A DNA stretch of 58,671 nucleotides, filler included, from Sphacelaria rigidula (GCA_964200075.2; 9 parts of 9 records of this genome joined end to end with filler, not necessarily neighbours in it); one strand, 5' to 3'; shown: positions 23,690 to 35,059, counted from the whole stretch's first letter. Notes: generated from the sequence alone by a model not told the origin. Numbers and translations: made by a program.

Positions 23690-23929
23690 CCCTTGGATGG
23701 CGAGAGTAGGTCATCTATTGAATCGGCATCAATTTCCCTTGAAAAAACAATGCATGATTCAGATGGACTACCCACGCGGTGTCAGGGTTAACCCTGTTGG
23801 AGCTGAAGTGCTGATTTTCGCTTTGTGAATCTTTGTGAATCGGCATCATTTCGACTTGAAAATGACTGAAAATTATGCTGATACGCAAACACAAAATCAG
23901 CACTCCCTGGAGATCTAGTTCCCGAAGGG
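23690..23929. mobile_element. Two abutting piggyBac-like MITEs (98 bp and 138 bp) sharing a TTAA site
   Basis: TTAA|CCCT...AGGG|TTAA|CCCT...AGGG|TTAG. Each unit has internal inverted repeats and the shared core GAATCGGCATCA.TT.C..CTTGAAAA. Confidence 0.6.
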
Positions 23930-23938
23930 TTAGACCAA

Positions 23939-23946
23939 TATATATA

Positions 23947-23983
<37 letters not shown>
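23939..23983. repeat. (TA)n microsatellite
   Basis: Direct observation. Confidence 0.95.
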
Positions 23984-23986
<3 letters not shown>

Positions 23987-26900
23987 CATTGATGCTTGAC
24001 CCATGCGGCCGAATGACCGCTAAGAAAATCAGTCGAACCGAAAATGGCCGTAATTCGCCTCTTTTCCGGGGAGAAAACAAAAAAAAAGGAAAATAAATGA
24101 AAAAAAAACGATTTAGCTCTTCTTTAGCTTGCTTGTTTGTACAGAAGCCAGTCACGTCTCGTCCTAAACCACTTTTTGTCACCTTGTCGCTTCTGTCCAC
24201 CACAAAATTCCCAAACCATGGGTCGAATTTGGATGAAATTGGATTCAAAGAGGCCAGACTTGGGAGTCAATGCTGTACCCCGAAATGGTGTACACAAAGA
24301 TATCTCATTATTTCATTTCTTCACCGATCCTAACTGTAATATCATAAGCGCCTTTGCTCGGGAGATACGATCTGCACCCCCGAACCACGTAGAGTTATGA
24401 GACGAAGGAAGCATACGACAAAAACCCCCGGCTTTGACAGCGCTTCTTTGCCGCCTTGGCGAGTTGCCAAAGGAGTGAATTGACTGACCCGCTTGCTCGT
24501 CTCAAGTACATTTTTCTACTGCTGAGCAGGACTGTGGGCTGCAGTGTAGATGCGAACGCTCTATGCTTTTGAGCAGTTACTGTCAAGAATGATCTCGTGA
24601 TCTGCACTCGGAGAAAATCGCTTCTCTGCGCAACGCATGGAAAGAAAAGACAAAAAAGGGAATAAGGCCCGTTGAACCTTTTTCCCCGCCGCGGTTTCGA
24701 AGGCGTTCAATTTTTGTTTTTATTGTCGAGGTGCGCCCGTACCATTTCCTAAAATTAAACGACATGCAGTTTGTTTTGTTTTTTATTCGTCTTGATGTTT
24801 TTTCGGCATATACTGTCAACTCCTCCCAAAGTGACACTCCTCAACACATGACGATTGCCAAAGTGCACTTCTACATGACAGTATGTTGTGCAACGCATAT
24901 CTTCACCGTTTAGTTGCCCCCACCCCTTCCCCCCGTCCCTCCCACATAATAATATGATACTTTGTTGTGCATTAGCATCTTACGTTCGAACCGAAAACAG
25001 CGCATGTGTTCTCCCTCCGTCCCGTAAATAGGCCGGTTATTTTTGCACGGGACATTGACCGTCTCACGATAATGTTTTCCAAAATATTTGATTCTTTCGT
25101 TTTTTTTTTTTTTCAATTGTTCGCGCATTACCTTATCCTACGCGGGTGAATGGCCGGAAGAGAACCAATCGGCCCGAAAATGGCCGTACTTCGCCCCTGC
25201 TCCGGGATTGAGAAAATGTTGAAAGAACAGCAAATAAGCAATTCTGCCTGTCGACCGTCCGCATCGCCGCGGCCTTGTTGGAGTGAGAAGCGACGGTCGC
25301 CGACTCCGACGTTTATTTGAGCAGTTGAGCTCCCCGGTGTCGTCTGCTTGAGCTTGCTGGCAGTTTTCCCACAGTCGTATCGGGTACTCGGGACAAATAC
25401 CGTAGCGCTCGGCGAACTGACCAAAAATGCCCTTTTGACACCCTTGAAGAGCTGCCTGGCGGGAATGGCCAGCGCTATCTATCTCCATTGCCATAGCGTA
25501 ACGGCGGCTCAATGATACTTCGGCGCTCCGTTTACGACATGGGGTGTGTGTGCACGGGAGAGACCATCGTGGTCGGGGTACTTATCGTAGTGGGCGGTTG
25601 GACGTCGAACTCTGCAAATAGCGGACAATTCTGAAACAATAATCAAAACCTTGACCGAAAAATTCCCAAAACTGATCCCGAAATAATATCAAAATATTCT
25701 CCCAACATACGGGAATTTGCGTCGTCGTCAATATTCTCGATGAGGATGACTCCATTTTTTCTTTCCCTTCTTTCTCCCTATGGGCATCTATCCCCATGGC
25801 TTTCTTTTTTTCGATGACCCCAACTACAGCATCCTAGGCACCTTCGTTGAGGAGATGTGATGTGCACCGAAGAACCGACTTGACCTGTGGGACAAATAAG
25901 TGTGTATTTATATACATTTGTATATTTGCTGCCCCCTCCCCCCCCCCCCCCCCCCCCCCCCTTCCCCCCCCCCCGTCGCCGCGGTGTTGTTCCATCTTCC
26001 ACCGTGAGAGAGGGGTAGCAGCNNNNNNNNNNNNNNNNNNNNNNNNNNNNNNNNNNNNNNNNNNNNTTAATTAATTAANNNNNNNNNNNNNNNNNNNNNN
26101 NNNNNNNNNNNNNNNNNNNNNNCATGCATGCGCCTATTGGGTAGGTTCTGCGAAAGGCATTTGCTGATGACACAATTTTGGGTGATGAGTGTGGACATTT
26201 CGGTCAGTTACAACGATATCTTCCGGGGAATATCCACAATACCATGGTCGAATATTTCGTTAGAAGTTTCGCCACCGCAAATTTTTCATGTGTGTAGGAG
26301 TATCACGGATCGATCCAGGGAACGGTCTGAGCCCTAAGGCAGTATTGTGCCTTCCTCCACTTGCTAGGATCAGCCATGTGTCATGTTTCAGTTTCGAACA
26401 TCGGAGGACGGCTTTCCTCCCCTCAGTGCTTCATGCAGACTCCCTTGTACTTCGTTGTCCAGACCTCCATTCGAGTCTAGGCCTAGCAGCAGCAATCAAT
26501 ACAAGACACAACGGCTCTGCAATCCTGGGATTTGTCCTATACTGCTTCCACTGCCTCATCACTGAGGATCCGCTGACCACATCTCTAGTGAGCTCCCGGG
26601 TTAACGATTTTACATAAAGAAGGCAATCACATACAGGTGCCTCGCAACGGTTTGGGGTTATGTACAACGCATCTAGAAGCAGCCAGCTGTATATCCAGAC
26701 AGCTGTTATCGAGAAGCCGTGCCAACACTCTGAGTATGCGCCAATCTTCCTTGAGATCTATTTCATGGTGACCAATCCGAGAACCGAACTCGGGCTTCCA
26801 TAGCCACAATGTGGTATACTGATGAATACACTTCTCCGCTTAGTAGCACTGTGTTTTCAGTCGTGTGAAGACATGGAGAATTTCGAATTTGGGGATTTGG

Positions 26901-29431
26901 GGATTTGGGGATTTTTTCTGAATTTGCCCGCGATTTTTTCGGTGTACAGACTCAGTAGCACATGTTCTCGTTGTCACTCTAGCCAGCTTCCTTCACGGTA
27001 GGAAGGACGATGGTGTTGGAGCGTCCCATATTGCGCGAAGATTGTGCTTCGCTAGGCAGACTTCAGGAGAACCCTCGTATTGGGGGCAGTACTCGACAGA
27101 TAATGCGTTGTACCGACCATGTTGAGTTTGCCAGCACCCTACTCTGCCTCGTCTGCCCGTCCAATTGCTCTCATGTGCCCTGCACACTGCGTTGTGAGCG
27201 CCCACAAGTCTGTCAATTTCAGCTTCACGCCAGAGGTGGGACCAACGCCAAGTGACAGTGCTAACGGATCGAGAAACCAGAGCAAAGCAATACAGCCGTA
27301 AAGCCTGCCTGTTTTTTGCTGCACGATGGGGTTATCCGGATGTTCCTTCCAAGACGACGCTCGCTTGCTTTGTGGATAGTTTGATAAATGAAATCAATAT
27401 GCCAAATTATAGCCACTGTCGTTGTATTCGTGAAGTATAAGTGGATCCCAAGCATGTTCTGTACACAGATGCAGAAGAAAAGTTATTGCATGATTGATTG
27501 TTTCTGTAGACATGCATAATAAGTCACTCCTTGTACTTTACGCTTTTCCTTCTGCTGAACTGCTCATGTCCGGGCTTGATCCGCAAGCCATGCCTCGTGC
27601 GTCGTGCTGACATTGATTTATCGCCTATAACCTGCGACCTGCATTACACTAGTAGGCAGAATATCTCAACCTGCTTCCGATTATTTGTTGTGATTTTTTG
27701 GCGCGCTGCCCACGACCACTCACCGACCCACCGAGGTCACTGTTGATTGCTGGGTTCGTTGCCTTTCAGTCTGTTGGGGAATCAAACTGTGCTATCGGGT
27801 GACTCCCAACTAAGAGACGGCTGCTTGTCGAACTAGCTGTGTTCGACGGTACACGTTGACAGCCTTTCCTGGAGAAGACTCCCACATTCGCCGTCATGGA
27901 GTTACTGTTGTGTACCTCATAATGCTTGCTTCTACTGGTGACTGTTGCAACATGCCTGTTATCCATCATGCTGGCTCTACACATTTTGTCTGCACAGTGC
28001 TTGTTTACCATTGTGCTGCTGCTCGTCAACATACCAGTTTTTCTGCGGAATGCGAGCTACATTGCATTGTTATGCTCGCCCGTTTGCTTGCCGTCTGTGC
28101 CGCGTGCCGTCTATTCGCTGCCTGCTAGGATTCCCCCACGCTGTACACTGTATCCTGTGAAGCTTGAGTTTTGTCGGAAAAATTTCGTCGCCTACTCTGC
28201 AACCCACCTACACAGCTGCCGCGTGTCCACAGTATTTTGCCTTATCACATACTAGTAACTCGTATACACTTGCTGTGTTGGGGTACAGTTGATCGAATAT
28301 GCTCACTCTCAGTCATGAACGAGAATGGTGTAAGAAATCGTGCAGTACATGAAACATCCATGTTGGGTCTGTGGAGGATTGTGACACGAGTAGCCAATCA
28401 GGAGAAGAGTGTCCAATGACGAAGGTTATGCGAGTACGGTGCATTTGCGGTACAGGCAGGTGAGCTGCCTCAGTCGGTCAGTCTAGTCTGGGTGTCTATG
28501 CCATAGTGCCCCTCTGGAGGGGTTGGATCTAAGTGTTTGATGAGTGCGTGTGAGTGATTGAGTAAGACAGAGATCGAGTGTGGGTGATTGAAAGAGAGAG
28601 AGATTAGAGAGAGTACGCAGGGTTTGACCGGAAATAGTCGAAGCGTTATACAATACTGTTCTCTGCCTGGGATCAGACTTATGACTGCCGTTCGCACACC
28701 CCTGAGTTGTGTGCACCATCACCCCTGCATCAGTGCGGCTTCACACGCTAGCGGAAGAGACTTGCCGCCCTAGCAGTTGGGTTAGGGATTGAAGATGGTT
28801 TATGCAAGAGGCGAGTTCGAGTCGAGAAGTTTTTGAGTGAGATATGTCAGAGAGATTTCGGATTTGAGTAACACGGTTGAGCAAGTCTGACAATTTGATT
28901 GAGTTATACAGACGGTGGAGAAGGAAAACAATCCAGGAGAACATCAGCCAGTGATCTCGGACAGAATAAGCATAATATGGCAGAGCACCACGAGACTACA
29001 ATGAATCCAGCAGAATGAAGACCAACAGAGCAACTGAGAAGAGTGACTGAAGAGTTGGATAAGATGAAGCAGGCGTCTAACAGCACACCCGTGATGCCTG
29101 CTATAACGACAGCATCAAACCTACCCCCACTATCCGACTTCCAGACCACTCCGTTCCATACTTCCCAATCCCACCGTATTCGCAGCAAGAAAAGCATACC
29201 CCCTTGGGATGAAAAGGCTGGATCATCCATAGATGTGAAAGACAGATTCGACGTGTTCTACATACAGATGTGTGCGTACTTTGAAGACGAAGAGTGCCAT
29301 GACGCGTTGGAAAACAACAATCCCATCAGAGAACACGGTGAAGACTTAGGAGCGCATTTCGGTAAAGTAGCTGTCGATAAAGCTAAACGGACCGTTAAGA
29401 TCGCCCTCGAAAAGATCACGTATCCCCCCTT

Positions 29432-29508
29432 GTTCGCTCCGTCTCGAAAGGGATGCGTGATCAATGATCAAATGACTAAGGCAAGCAACAAATGAGTACC
29501 CCCCCCCT
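29432..29508 (+). mobile_element. ~75-bp short dispersed element inserted in copia gag
   Basis: CTCCGTCTCGAAAGGGATGCGTG(A/G)TCAA.G.TCAAA.GACTAAGGCAAGCAACA.ATGAG.AC+poly-C. Also at ~6538, ~40869, ~52020 and, inverted and partial, at ~19815-19832. Confidence 0.8.
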
Positions 29509-30599
29509 GGTTAGGCAGATCGACATGCTTGCGGGCTCTAGCTAAGCATGGAATCATGTGGTAAAGTACCACCTTACCCCACCAGCCACGGAAGAGGCCG
29601 AACTCCAATACGAATGGCAGACGTTGCAGATGGCTGACGGAGAATGCCGATGGATTTTTCACTCGGGTTAAGTTCATTCGCACAAAACGCGAGGAGTTCG
29701 ACGTTTTTCTCTCGGACTCGGAGGCAAATAGACATGTCGTAAGATGCCTTTCATCTGAATATGAGCACGAGCGCAGGACATGGTTAGCATACCGCGAAAT
29801 CAAGACGGAGGAATTGAACCATCATCTAGAGACTACCCATGCAGAGTTGCAGCTGTTTAGGGAGAGAGACAGGAATACATCAAACCAAGCCCTCTCTTCT
29901 ACTGCTACCGGCGGCAGAGGGGGACATGGCTCACCAGGCAATAGGCAGAATGGGGGGGGGGGGCAACGTTCCGACAATTCCCAACATCAATACCATCAGC
30001 ACAACCCATCCCGATCCCGCCCCAATTCCTCACAGCAGTCCAATTACCATTCACAACATGGCCCACAGCATCACTACTATGGTAATGGTGGTCGAGGGGG
30101 GGGTGGTATTCCCCGAGATAACAACAACAGTGGCGTCCACATAACCCTTGGAACCGGGCGGGACCGGGCCGTGGTAGGATGTACCAACATAATCAACGGA
30201 TTCATACCAGATTCGTTGCCCTTTAAACTGTGTCCTAATTGCTTTCCCAGCCAAAAATCTATCCACCCAACGAATCCACGCCCAGACAACCACCGCTTTT
30301 CAGGTAGTTAGGGCTCAATCCACAACCCACATCAACAATACCACGTCCACAGCCATCCACCTCACGCCAACACCGTTCAGCAAACCGATACCGCCCAGCA
30401 GCATCACAACGAAAGCGTCGATAACTTCGCTTACGAAGACAAGGCTTTCAACGAGGCCGATTCTGCTCACACAGTACAGTATCACACCACCCAGCATCAA
30501 CTGCAAACGCAGCCTACTCCCGATACCGAACATCTCCCCTGCTATACATCACCCCCACCATTCTATGACCGCCCACCACGGAACCAAGCACCCGGCTAC

Positions 30600-30780
30600 T
30601 GCCTGTATCATTCCTCAGCTGCACGACCACCACACCACTCATCACCGCCTCCACAACCCAGCCAATCCCAGCATCATTCCTCATCGATTGCACCGCCGTC
30701 ATATCACCCATCACCAACTCCACTGTCCAACCAATTCCCGCATGATCCCTCCTCCACTGCACAACCACCACCATACTCTT
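30600..30780 (+). repeat. Diverged ~66-69-bp tandem repeat x3 inside copia ORF
   Basis: ATCATTCCTCA.....TGCAC..CC...CA.A.CAC.CATCACC..CTCCAC...CCA.CCAAT.CC.GC repeats. Confidence 0.6.
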
Positions 30781-31304
30781 GACTACATCCCTACGGGTCA
30801 TCCGATCGACATTCCCATCCGGTAACCCCCCATCCTACGTCCACTGCCGAGCTGCCGCATGCTGGTAACCTTGATATTAACATGTACATGGCGCTTTCTG
30901 CCTCCCCAGGAGATTCAGTTTTTAGTTTGGGCAATTTCGATGTGAGGGATAGGATGTTGCATCAGACGAATCCCTGCCTGTTTCTGATTCAGAACTATGG
31001 ATTGCAGACTCGGGTAGATCGCACCACACCCCAGTTACTGAGGCGACTAGTGTACTGCTCACGGATGTGCATGCATTGGAAGGGATTCAGTTTATTCTTC
31101 TCTCTGTTCACCGTGCTCAAAAGAGCCGACGAGTAATCTGCGAGGGAGAAGGTGTACACCTGTTCGACGGCAAGCTACGTTTCGACTACAATGAGCGTTC
31201 CTCATCACAATTTGCCACACGCCTACCATCGACCTACGGACGGATTCCATTAGCCATTCCTGTTGTCGCCACTAAGAGTGATACTAATTCTGCTTCCATT
31301 GGGC

Positions 31305-31540
31305 ACAGCGAGTTAGTGTCAGCAAGATTCCCGCGGACTGTGCTTCTGCTCCACATCGAGTTAGTGTTAGTCCGACCCCCTCGGATTCTGCTTCCATTCC
31401 ACAGAGAGTGATTTGACGGTAAGATTCCCCCGGACTCTGCGTCTGCTCCACAGCGAGTGAGTGTCAGTAAGATTCCCCCAGATTATGCTTCTGCTCCACA
31501 GCGAGTTAGTGTCGGTAAGATTCCCCCGAATTCTGCTTCA
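31305..31540 (+). repeat. 48-bp tandem repeat x ~5 encoding a 16-aa unit (QRVSVSKIPPDSASAP-like)
   Basis: CAGCGAGTTAGTGTCAG(C/T)AAGATTCCC.CGGA.T.TGCTTCTGCTCCA units. Confidence 0.88.
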
Positions 31541-31545
31541 ACCCG

Positions 31546-32552
31546 AGTGGTGGAAGCTCTGTTGTATGGGTGTGCCACATGAACGCTACGTTCTGAGGAC
31601 TTCGACAGTCTGCGCACTGCCCATCACAAGCTCTTTCTGCGAGTGGTTGGATTCCGCAGGAACGATCGAAATGGCTACTAGACTTTTTCGTACAGAGCGG
31701 TGCTCGAGATGACCAACTGCGAACGTATCGAGACGACTATCCGCAAACGTCAACTCTGCTTCGAGGGAGCCCTTGTCCGGCAGAAGGACAAACGCCTTCC
31801 CAAGCGTGTCATGAACGGTCGGCTTTCCACACGAGGACCCAAGGAGGTCTGCCGCCCCCCCAAGCAATGGGAGGATACGATACCCTAAAGGAGAACCTAC
31901 GCGCGTTAGGGGCTGTCCCGCACAAAGAAGCCCGACGAAAGTGGTTCGTCTACGGTGTAGAGGTGAACGATGCATACGATTGGGTCACTGCGGCGAAGGA
32001 CCTGGGCAAATGGCACATTGGAGTCGAAAAGGGAGCGGAAGACTTTGAGGACACGTGGCGATGCGCGCACAAGCGAGAATCAGACCGCTGTCACAAGCGA
32101 GAGGCTGCTGCGTCGAGGGCTGCCAACCGGAGAATCCTGTTTGCTCATATCGGTTGTTGATTATGTCCTTAGTCGGTGGCTCTGCGGTACCCACTGGTGT
32201 GTACTCTGCTGCCCTGAATCCCTCAGGCCTTTTCCTTCTTGTTTTTTTTTTCATTTTCCCCCCCATCGTTTCATTGTATTTTATTTTATTTGCTTTGTAC
32301 TTTCCCCTTCTTTTCATTTTTTTGTTTTAGGTCGGCCATTTCTTTCTGTGCTTTGTTTGTCTTGATTTTTTTATTACTTTTTTTTGTCACGACTTGGTCT
32401 GCTATGTCGTTCTGTTCGGCCCGTCTTTCTCTTTTTTTTCTGTTCCTTTTTTTCTTTCTCAGAGTGTGTTCCAGTTTCGTTTTTGTTGGGTACGTCTATC
32501 ATGAGACCACGGCTGGACCCCTGGGGGGTCAGTTAAAGTGCGACAATCAAAA
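31546..32552 (+). mobile_element. 5'-truncated RTE-like non-LTR retrotransposon: ORF C-terminus, 3' UTR and (CAAT) tail
   Basis: VVEALLYGCAT*TLRSEDFDSLRTAHHKLFLRVVG...CERIETTIRKRQLCFEGALVRQKDKRLPKRVMNG...RPPKQWED is the typical RTE post-RT region. T-rich UTR ends GTCAGTTAAAGTGCGACAATCAA. Stops and frameshifts present. Confidence 0.88.
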
Positions 32553-32744
32553 NNNNNNNNNNNNNNNNNNNNNNNNNNNNNNNNNNNNNNNNNNNNTTAA
32601 TTAATTAANNNNNNNNNNNNNNNNNNNNNNNNNNNNNNNNNNNNNNNNNNNNAAAAAAAAAAGGAATAAAATAGACAAGAAGACAGAGCCAGGCTCGTTC
32701 CGGCGGCGGGGGGGGCGGGGGGGGAGGGGGGGGGGGCGAAGCAC

Positions 32745-33355
32745 AGACGAAACAAAAACAAACAAACAAACAAACAAAACAACAGGAACAAACGATGAAC
32801 AAAGCAGAGATGGGGACCAAATATAATGCTCTGCGTATCTGGCGTCGGCTATGGCGAGTTGCTGTTGGTACTGTCGGTCCCAGGTGCTGTCGGCGGTGCA
32901 TCTTGGCCTGCAGCTTTCGCGTGCCGTATCGCTGCCTCTGCGTCGTCCTTTTGGCACCAGTCCGCCATAAACCTTTCTGCTCCCTGTCCAACACAGCTGT
33001 GCCACTCTACTGCATTCAAGGCTCTGGTAGTCCAACCCTGCCATTCGATACCGGACGCCTTCATGTCTTCCGCTAGGCAGCGGATCCAGTCCTTGTGCCT
33101 GCCGTTAAACTCTCTTTCTTGCCCCTTCACGGCTATAATTTCACCGAACATGACGTGTTTCGGTATCCGTCCGGGTGACATGCGCGTGATGAAACCGGCA
33201 ACATGGAGTCTCCTCTTCGTCACCGTCGTCTCGATGCTTTCGCACCCTGTCCTCGCGAGGGTCTCTTGGTATAACAAAACGTGGTCTGTGGCGATTGCGC
33301 CTGTGCCATCCAAGACAGCGCCTGAGCAACGCATGGTGGGCCGTGCGAAGAAGAG
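32745..33355 (-). mobile_element. 5'-truncated RTE-like LINE fragment (second subfamily) with (TTTG)n tail
   Basis: LRTAHHALLRRCLGWHRRNR / TDHVLLYQETLARTGCESIETTVTKRRLHVAGFITRMSPGRIPKHVMFGE...KDWIRCLAEDMKASGI. (AAAC)n on the + strand at ~32750-32790. Confidence 0.88.
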
Positions 33356-33453
33356 GACATTAAAAAGCCGTTCCGGTATCTGCGCAGTGCCGTCCTGGGC
33401 ATCTGACTCGTACAGTTGGACTTTGTACTTGTGGTACAGTAGCTCGTACGAAT

Positions 33454-34229
33454 CTAATCTACCCAGTCTTCGTCGGTTGTCGGAGTATCTTGAAAGACGC
33501 AAATAAGTCAAACTGGTAGACACGGGACTACGGGGTTTTTGAAGAAAATGGGTATCAATCGGACGTGACCGGCGATACCCCAGGCATACTTACCTGGCGG
33601 GGGCTCGCCAGTGGTCATGATGACTGGTGACCCCAGGGGGAGCAGGCTCTTGCACTGGCTGAGATAAGCCTGGAGTGCTGTAATCCCTGGAGAATATCCC
33701 TCCGGGGGTATCTCTACCGCATAATTTTTTGCCGGGGAGGTGTCCGCTTGCGGCCCTCCCAACACACACCTGACACAAAAACAACACCGCCCACGGTAGG
33801 ACGAAGGCGATAACACAAACCACGTATGTAATATAAATCAATGCGCACACACCGCTCGTTCCTCTGTCCTAGGAGTACCAGTTCTATCATCATTCTGATT
33901 GCGCTGTCTGCTGCTGTCTGTGCGTACACTACTGCGATGCATAGCTGTGTATTACGGTGTACTCTTCTGCGCGTGTCTGAGGCAGTGGAGGTCCCTCGCC
34001 ACGTACATACATACGGCATACTGTACTGTATGTATACAGTAGTCAGTTTTATCACCCCTACCCTGGCGATGGGAGGGTGAACGCTTCGATTCCGTCACTT
34101 CTTCTCTTATTTCGCTACTATGGTCCTCGTTCTTCAGACTACTTCGTTCGTTGCGTGTATCTTGATCTTCCTTCATCTTTCCCCTTCTTCGCGAGGTTCT
34201 CCCACCATGTGTTTCCGTTTTGCTTTCCT
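33454..34229 (-). CDS. Hypothetical antisense gene: exons 34229-34062, 33944-33849 and 33488-33454 (stop)
   Basis: Three AG/GT-bounded, phase-1-compatible open segments giving ..ESKTETHGGRTSRRRGKMKEDQDTRNERSS..SPSHRQ-AMHRSSVRTDSSRQRNQNDDRTGTPRTEERAV-YTPTTDEDWVD*. No homology recognised. Confidence 0.35.
33515..33546 (+). promoter_or_regulatory. Putative snRNA proximal/upstream sequence element (U1)
   Basis: GGTAGACACGGGACTACGGGGTTTTTGAAGAA starts 71 nt upstream of U1 +1; same motif at the same offset before U5 and U2. Confidence 0.8.
33586..33760 (+). ncRNA. U1: U1 spliceosomal snRNA (possibly a variant)
   Basis: 5' ATACTTACCTGG (5' splice-site pairing); stem-loop I TCGCCAGT-GGTCATGATG-ACTGGTGA; TTGCAC in loop II; Sm site AATTTTTTG at 33723-33731; terminal GC hairpin GGGAGG...CCTCCC. 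Length ~175 nt. Confidence 0.93.
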
Positions 34230-34386
34230 CTGAGTACGAGTATAGATGTCTAGCTTGTGACCACTATCGTGTGGCTGGGTTCGTACGGTATAGCTCGTGA
34301 CAATGCAATGAAATCATGAAAAAATCTAGTCATTTGTCATTTGGGTACTGCCTACTGCAGTGGGTGGGCCAATACCGTGTCATTTT

Positions 34387-34415
34387 AGTAGACTCTGAGC
34401 GACGGGGTTTTCGAA
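34387..34415 (+). promoter_or_regulatory. Putative snRNA proximal/upstream sequence element (U5)
   Basis: AGTAGACTCTGAGCGACGGGGTTTTCGAA; the ACGGGGTTTT core begins 56 nt before +1, as for U1 and U2. Confidence 0.72.
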
Positions 34416-34457
34416 AGTTGGTGTACTCAATCCGGGAAACTCTGCAGGCCTTGTTGC

Positions 34458-34567
34458 ATCTCCGATCCTCTCGCATCACGAACTTTACCCTCGCCTTTTA
34501 CTAGGATAAACCGTGCTGAGAGGATCCCGAAGGAGTTCTTACGATTTTTGACCCCACTCGTGGGGTA
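34458..34567 (+). ncRNA. U5: U5 spliceosomal snRNA
   Basis: Invariant loop 1 GCCTTTTAC (34493-34501) on top of a long stem (GATCCTCTC/GAGAGGATC, CACG/CGTG, TTTA/TAAA with the CCG bulge); Sm site ATTTTTG (34544-34550); 3' hairpin ACCCCAC-TC-GTGGGGT. Length ~110 nt. Confidence 0.93.
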
Positions 34568-34988
34568 ACCAACAACAAGCAACCGAAATCATCAGCTGCC
34601 TGTATGTTTCGTTGCGAACTCCCGTCGGTACTCGTGTAGATGAGTAAGATGACGATCGTACACCAGACGCAGACTTCGCAATTATACAGTAGCCTTTCTC
34701 CAACGACACGCGTAGACCACATAGCCGACACCAACAACAGCATTTTCGAGCACGGTACTGCCTTCGTGGCTGCGACGGGTGTCTCGCTGGTATATCTTGG
34801 TAAAGATCTGGCTGTGGCTGAGGAGAACAATATCTCTTCACACCTCCGACCCCATTTTGGTGCGCAGTCACATGGCAAGAACGACAACAAAGCAGCAGTC
34901 AGCGGTCTGAGATTGCATTCAAGAGTCCTACTCGTAGCGCAACATACTGCACTCGCAGCTTTTTCTCGGTTGCGATCAGCGTGTGATC

Positions 34989-35021
34989 GGTAAAACCGGG
35001 ACTACGGGGTTTTCTGAAGAA
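34989..35021 (+). promoter_or_regulatory. Putative snRNA proximal/upstream sequence element (U2)
   Basis: GGTAAAACCGGGACTACGGGGTTTTCTGAAGAA starts 71 nt upstream of U2 +1; 17-nt exact match CGGGACTACGGGGTTTT with the U1 element. Confidence 0.8.
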
Positions 35022-35059
35022 TGTGGTTCAGAAAAACGTTACATGCACCTGCCTGCAGC

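Larger units (their letters stand above)
29043..31270 (+). mobile_element. Decayed Ty1/copia gag-protease region
   Basis: After joining frameshifts: FDVFYIQMCAYFEDEECHDAL...AWNHVVKYH...EWQTLQMADGE-PMDFFTRVKFIR...LSDSEANRHVVRCLSSEYE (copia gag/UBN2-like), an N/Q/G-rich linker, protease motif ELWIADSGRSHH at ~30993-31028, then QFILLSVHRAQK...GVHLFDGKLRF. Confidence 0.85.

Noticed and set aside
25130..25530. Paralogue of the 36814 exon (both end ..FSS....DK|GT)
   Set aside because: Similarity is limited to a few terminal residues and there is an in-frame stop; not supportable without alignment.
31546..33355. Tail-to-tail convergent LINE pair
   Set aside because: The two fragments are on different contigs separated by the spacer at 32553-32652.
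32849..33523. 224-aa ORF as a novel gene
   Set aside because: It is a chance fusion of unrelated flank, a repeat end shared with ~22854, and a frameshifted RTE LINE fragment.
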